From NCBI RefSeq assembly GCF_006345805.1, contig NW_021833053.1:22921-86920 (forward strand): a DNA stretch of 64,000 nt, written 5' to 3'. Position 1 is the first letter of the stretch. Each line of letters begins with the position of its first letter. The stretch comes from Octopus sinensis (taxonomy: Eukaryota). The notes beneath the pieces were generated by a model that was given only the letters and a program-made list of their open reading frames with translations, was not told where the DNA came from and searched no databases. A program made the translations under genes and the position numbers. Below, in pieces: positions 62,240-64,000 of the stretch.

Positions 62240-62945
62240 AGAAAGGCAGCAAGCTGACAGAATCATTAGAACACCAGATAAAATGTTTAACAGCATTTCA
62301 TCTGTCTGCACGTTCTGAGGTTGACTTTGCCTTCATCCTTTCAGGGTCAGTAAAATAAGTATCAGTTGAGCACCGGGGATGATGTAACCAATTTAGCCCT
62401 TTTTTTCGAAGCTGCTGACTCAATGCCAAAATTTGAAACCAATAATTTTTGGGTAGGGACTGGCATTTGTCAGCTGGAATACTATTTGTGTATTAGCTTC
62501 ACTTTTAGAAATAATTTTTTTTTCCATTTAATATATGCATGCCGGGTGAAATGCATAGCCGTATTTCATCTGCCGTTAGGTTCTGAGGTCGACTTTGCGT
62601 TTCATCCTTTTGGAGTCGATATAATCAACTTAATCTGTTTGTCTGTCCTCTCTGTGTTTAGCCCCTTGTGAGTAGTAAAGAAATAGATATTTCATTTGTC
62701 TTTACATTCTGAGTTCAGATGCATCCAAGGTCAACTTTGCCTTTCATCCTTTCAGGGTCGATATAATTGACTAGGCCCTTCTCCAAAATATTTCGGGCCT
62801 TGTGCCTAGAAAAATATATGCATGAAGGCAGCTAAATGGCTGAATTTGTCAGCATACCAGACAAAATGCTTTGTGGCATTTCTTCTGGCTTTACATTTCT
62901 GAGTTCAAATTCTGCTACGGTCAGCTTTGTCTTTCATCCACTTTT
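62240..62945 (+). mobile_element. Cluster of ~4 SINE family B copies
   Basis: Repeated GACTTTGCCTTTCATCCTTTC..GGGTC block. Confidence 0.7.
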
Positions 62946-63477
62946 GTAGAAAATATTTACATACATGTCACTATCATTAGTTTACAAATAAATATCCAGG
63001 TGTAAGACAGTGATAACTGTCAGAGATTGAAATATAGAAGTAAATAAGAAAAAATATGTTACATCTTCAAAAATAAAATTAATAGCATTTGTTTTATGTC
63101 CATTTTTCTCTGCTAGCATAGGTTGGATGAATATGTATTAAGATATTTTATGGCCAGATGCCTTTCCCATTGCTAATCCTTGTTTCAAAAGTAATGGTTT
63201 GTTTGTTTTTAATCTGCTGATTTTCAAAAGCGCGGAGCTTCAGGATGATCTGTTAGTAAAGGGAATATCAACAAACATCATTTTTGATCACTGGTTTCCA
63301 TAAAAGGATGCAGATCATAAGTAGGCATATATGTAAACACACAGTTTTCACCTGTTGCTTTTACAGCAGATGCCCTATGTGCCACACAACAAGACTGAAT
63401 TCCAGACAACCATGTTGTTTTTATTTATATCTAATATGTAAGATAATTCACATTTTGTAATTAAAAATATCAATGCT

Positions 63478-63615
63478 TGAGTGGTTGGCATTAGGAAGGA
63501 CATCAAGCTGTAGAAACACTCCAGATCAGACTGGTGCAGCCTCCTGGCTTCCCAGACCCCGGTCGAACTGTCCAACCCATGCTAGCATGGAAAACGGACA
63601 TTAAACGATGATGAT
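63478..63615 (+). mobile_element. RTE 3' tail (repeat C), short copy
   Basis: GAGTGGTTGGCATTAGGAAGG...CATTAAACGATGATGATG. Confidence 0.8.
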
Positions 63616-64000
63616 GTGGAACAGTTGATATGTATGCTTTTTACGAAAAGCATTTTCAAAGTTATAACTGGGAATTTAAACTAAGCCTAAAACTTGCTTT
63701 GCTTAATATATTCTATATTATTGCAATTAATTTTTGTTGAATAAGTTTGGGTGAAGACTGGTATGACAAAGCAATAAGGAATTTTTCTTAGACTGTAAAT
63801 TTTTTTTGTGGTATTTGAAGAATTTTCTGTTCATAAACCAAATAGTTTAATGCAGAGAATTTGTATATTAAGTTTCAGAATGGAGTTGGGAAAAAACACT
63901 CTACTTGTAAAAGTACAAAAAATGCATTGGTTGAAAATGGTGTGAAATAGAAAAAGTCAACATTATAGTATGAGATTTCTGCCTTATACAGTTGTCTTTA

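Overview
AT-rich eukaryotic (animal) genomic DNA, dense in (TA)n/(CA)n microsatellites and interspersed repeats. The repeat families and gene structure suggest a cephalopod, probably Octopus (inference). One complete protein-coding gene can be reconstructed on the + strand: INIP (SOSS complex subunit C). It has 5 coding exons (17957-17981, 30171-30312, 34813-35011, 40602-40649, 54824-54919) with consistent GT-AG phases, encoding 169 aa with a poly-Ser plus Ser/Thr/Pro-rich insertion. A probable first coding exon of a second, divergent gene (17488-17610, minus) starts 346 bp upstream, across a CCAAT-rich putative bidirectional promoter. The rest is intronic or intergenic transposon debris: RTE and CR1-type LINE fragments, tRNA-derived SINEs, Helentron-like non-autonomous elements, piggyBac-like MITEs, and a three-level nest (MITE > Ty3/Gypsy LTR element > mariner). 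The most unusual signal is a set of at least four, possibly five, unrelated families of minimal type-I hammerhead-ribozyme-like motifs with palindromic stem III, mostly in fold-back or Penelope-like repeats. Several have non-canonical cores: a G3:C8 swap of the C3:G8 pair, U4C and A6U. All structures were folded by eye and none is shown to be active.
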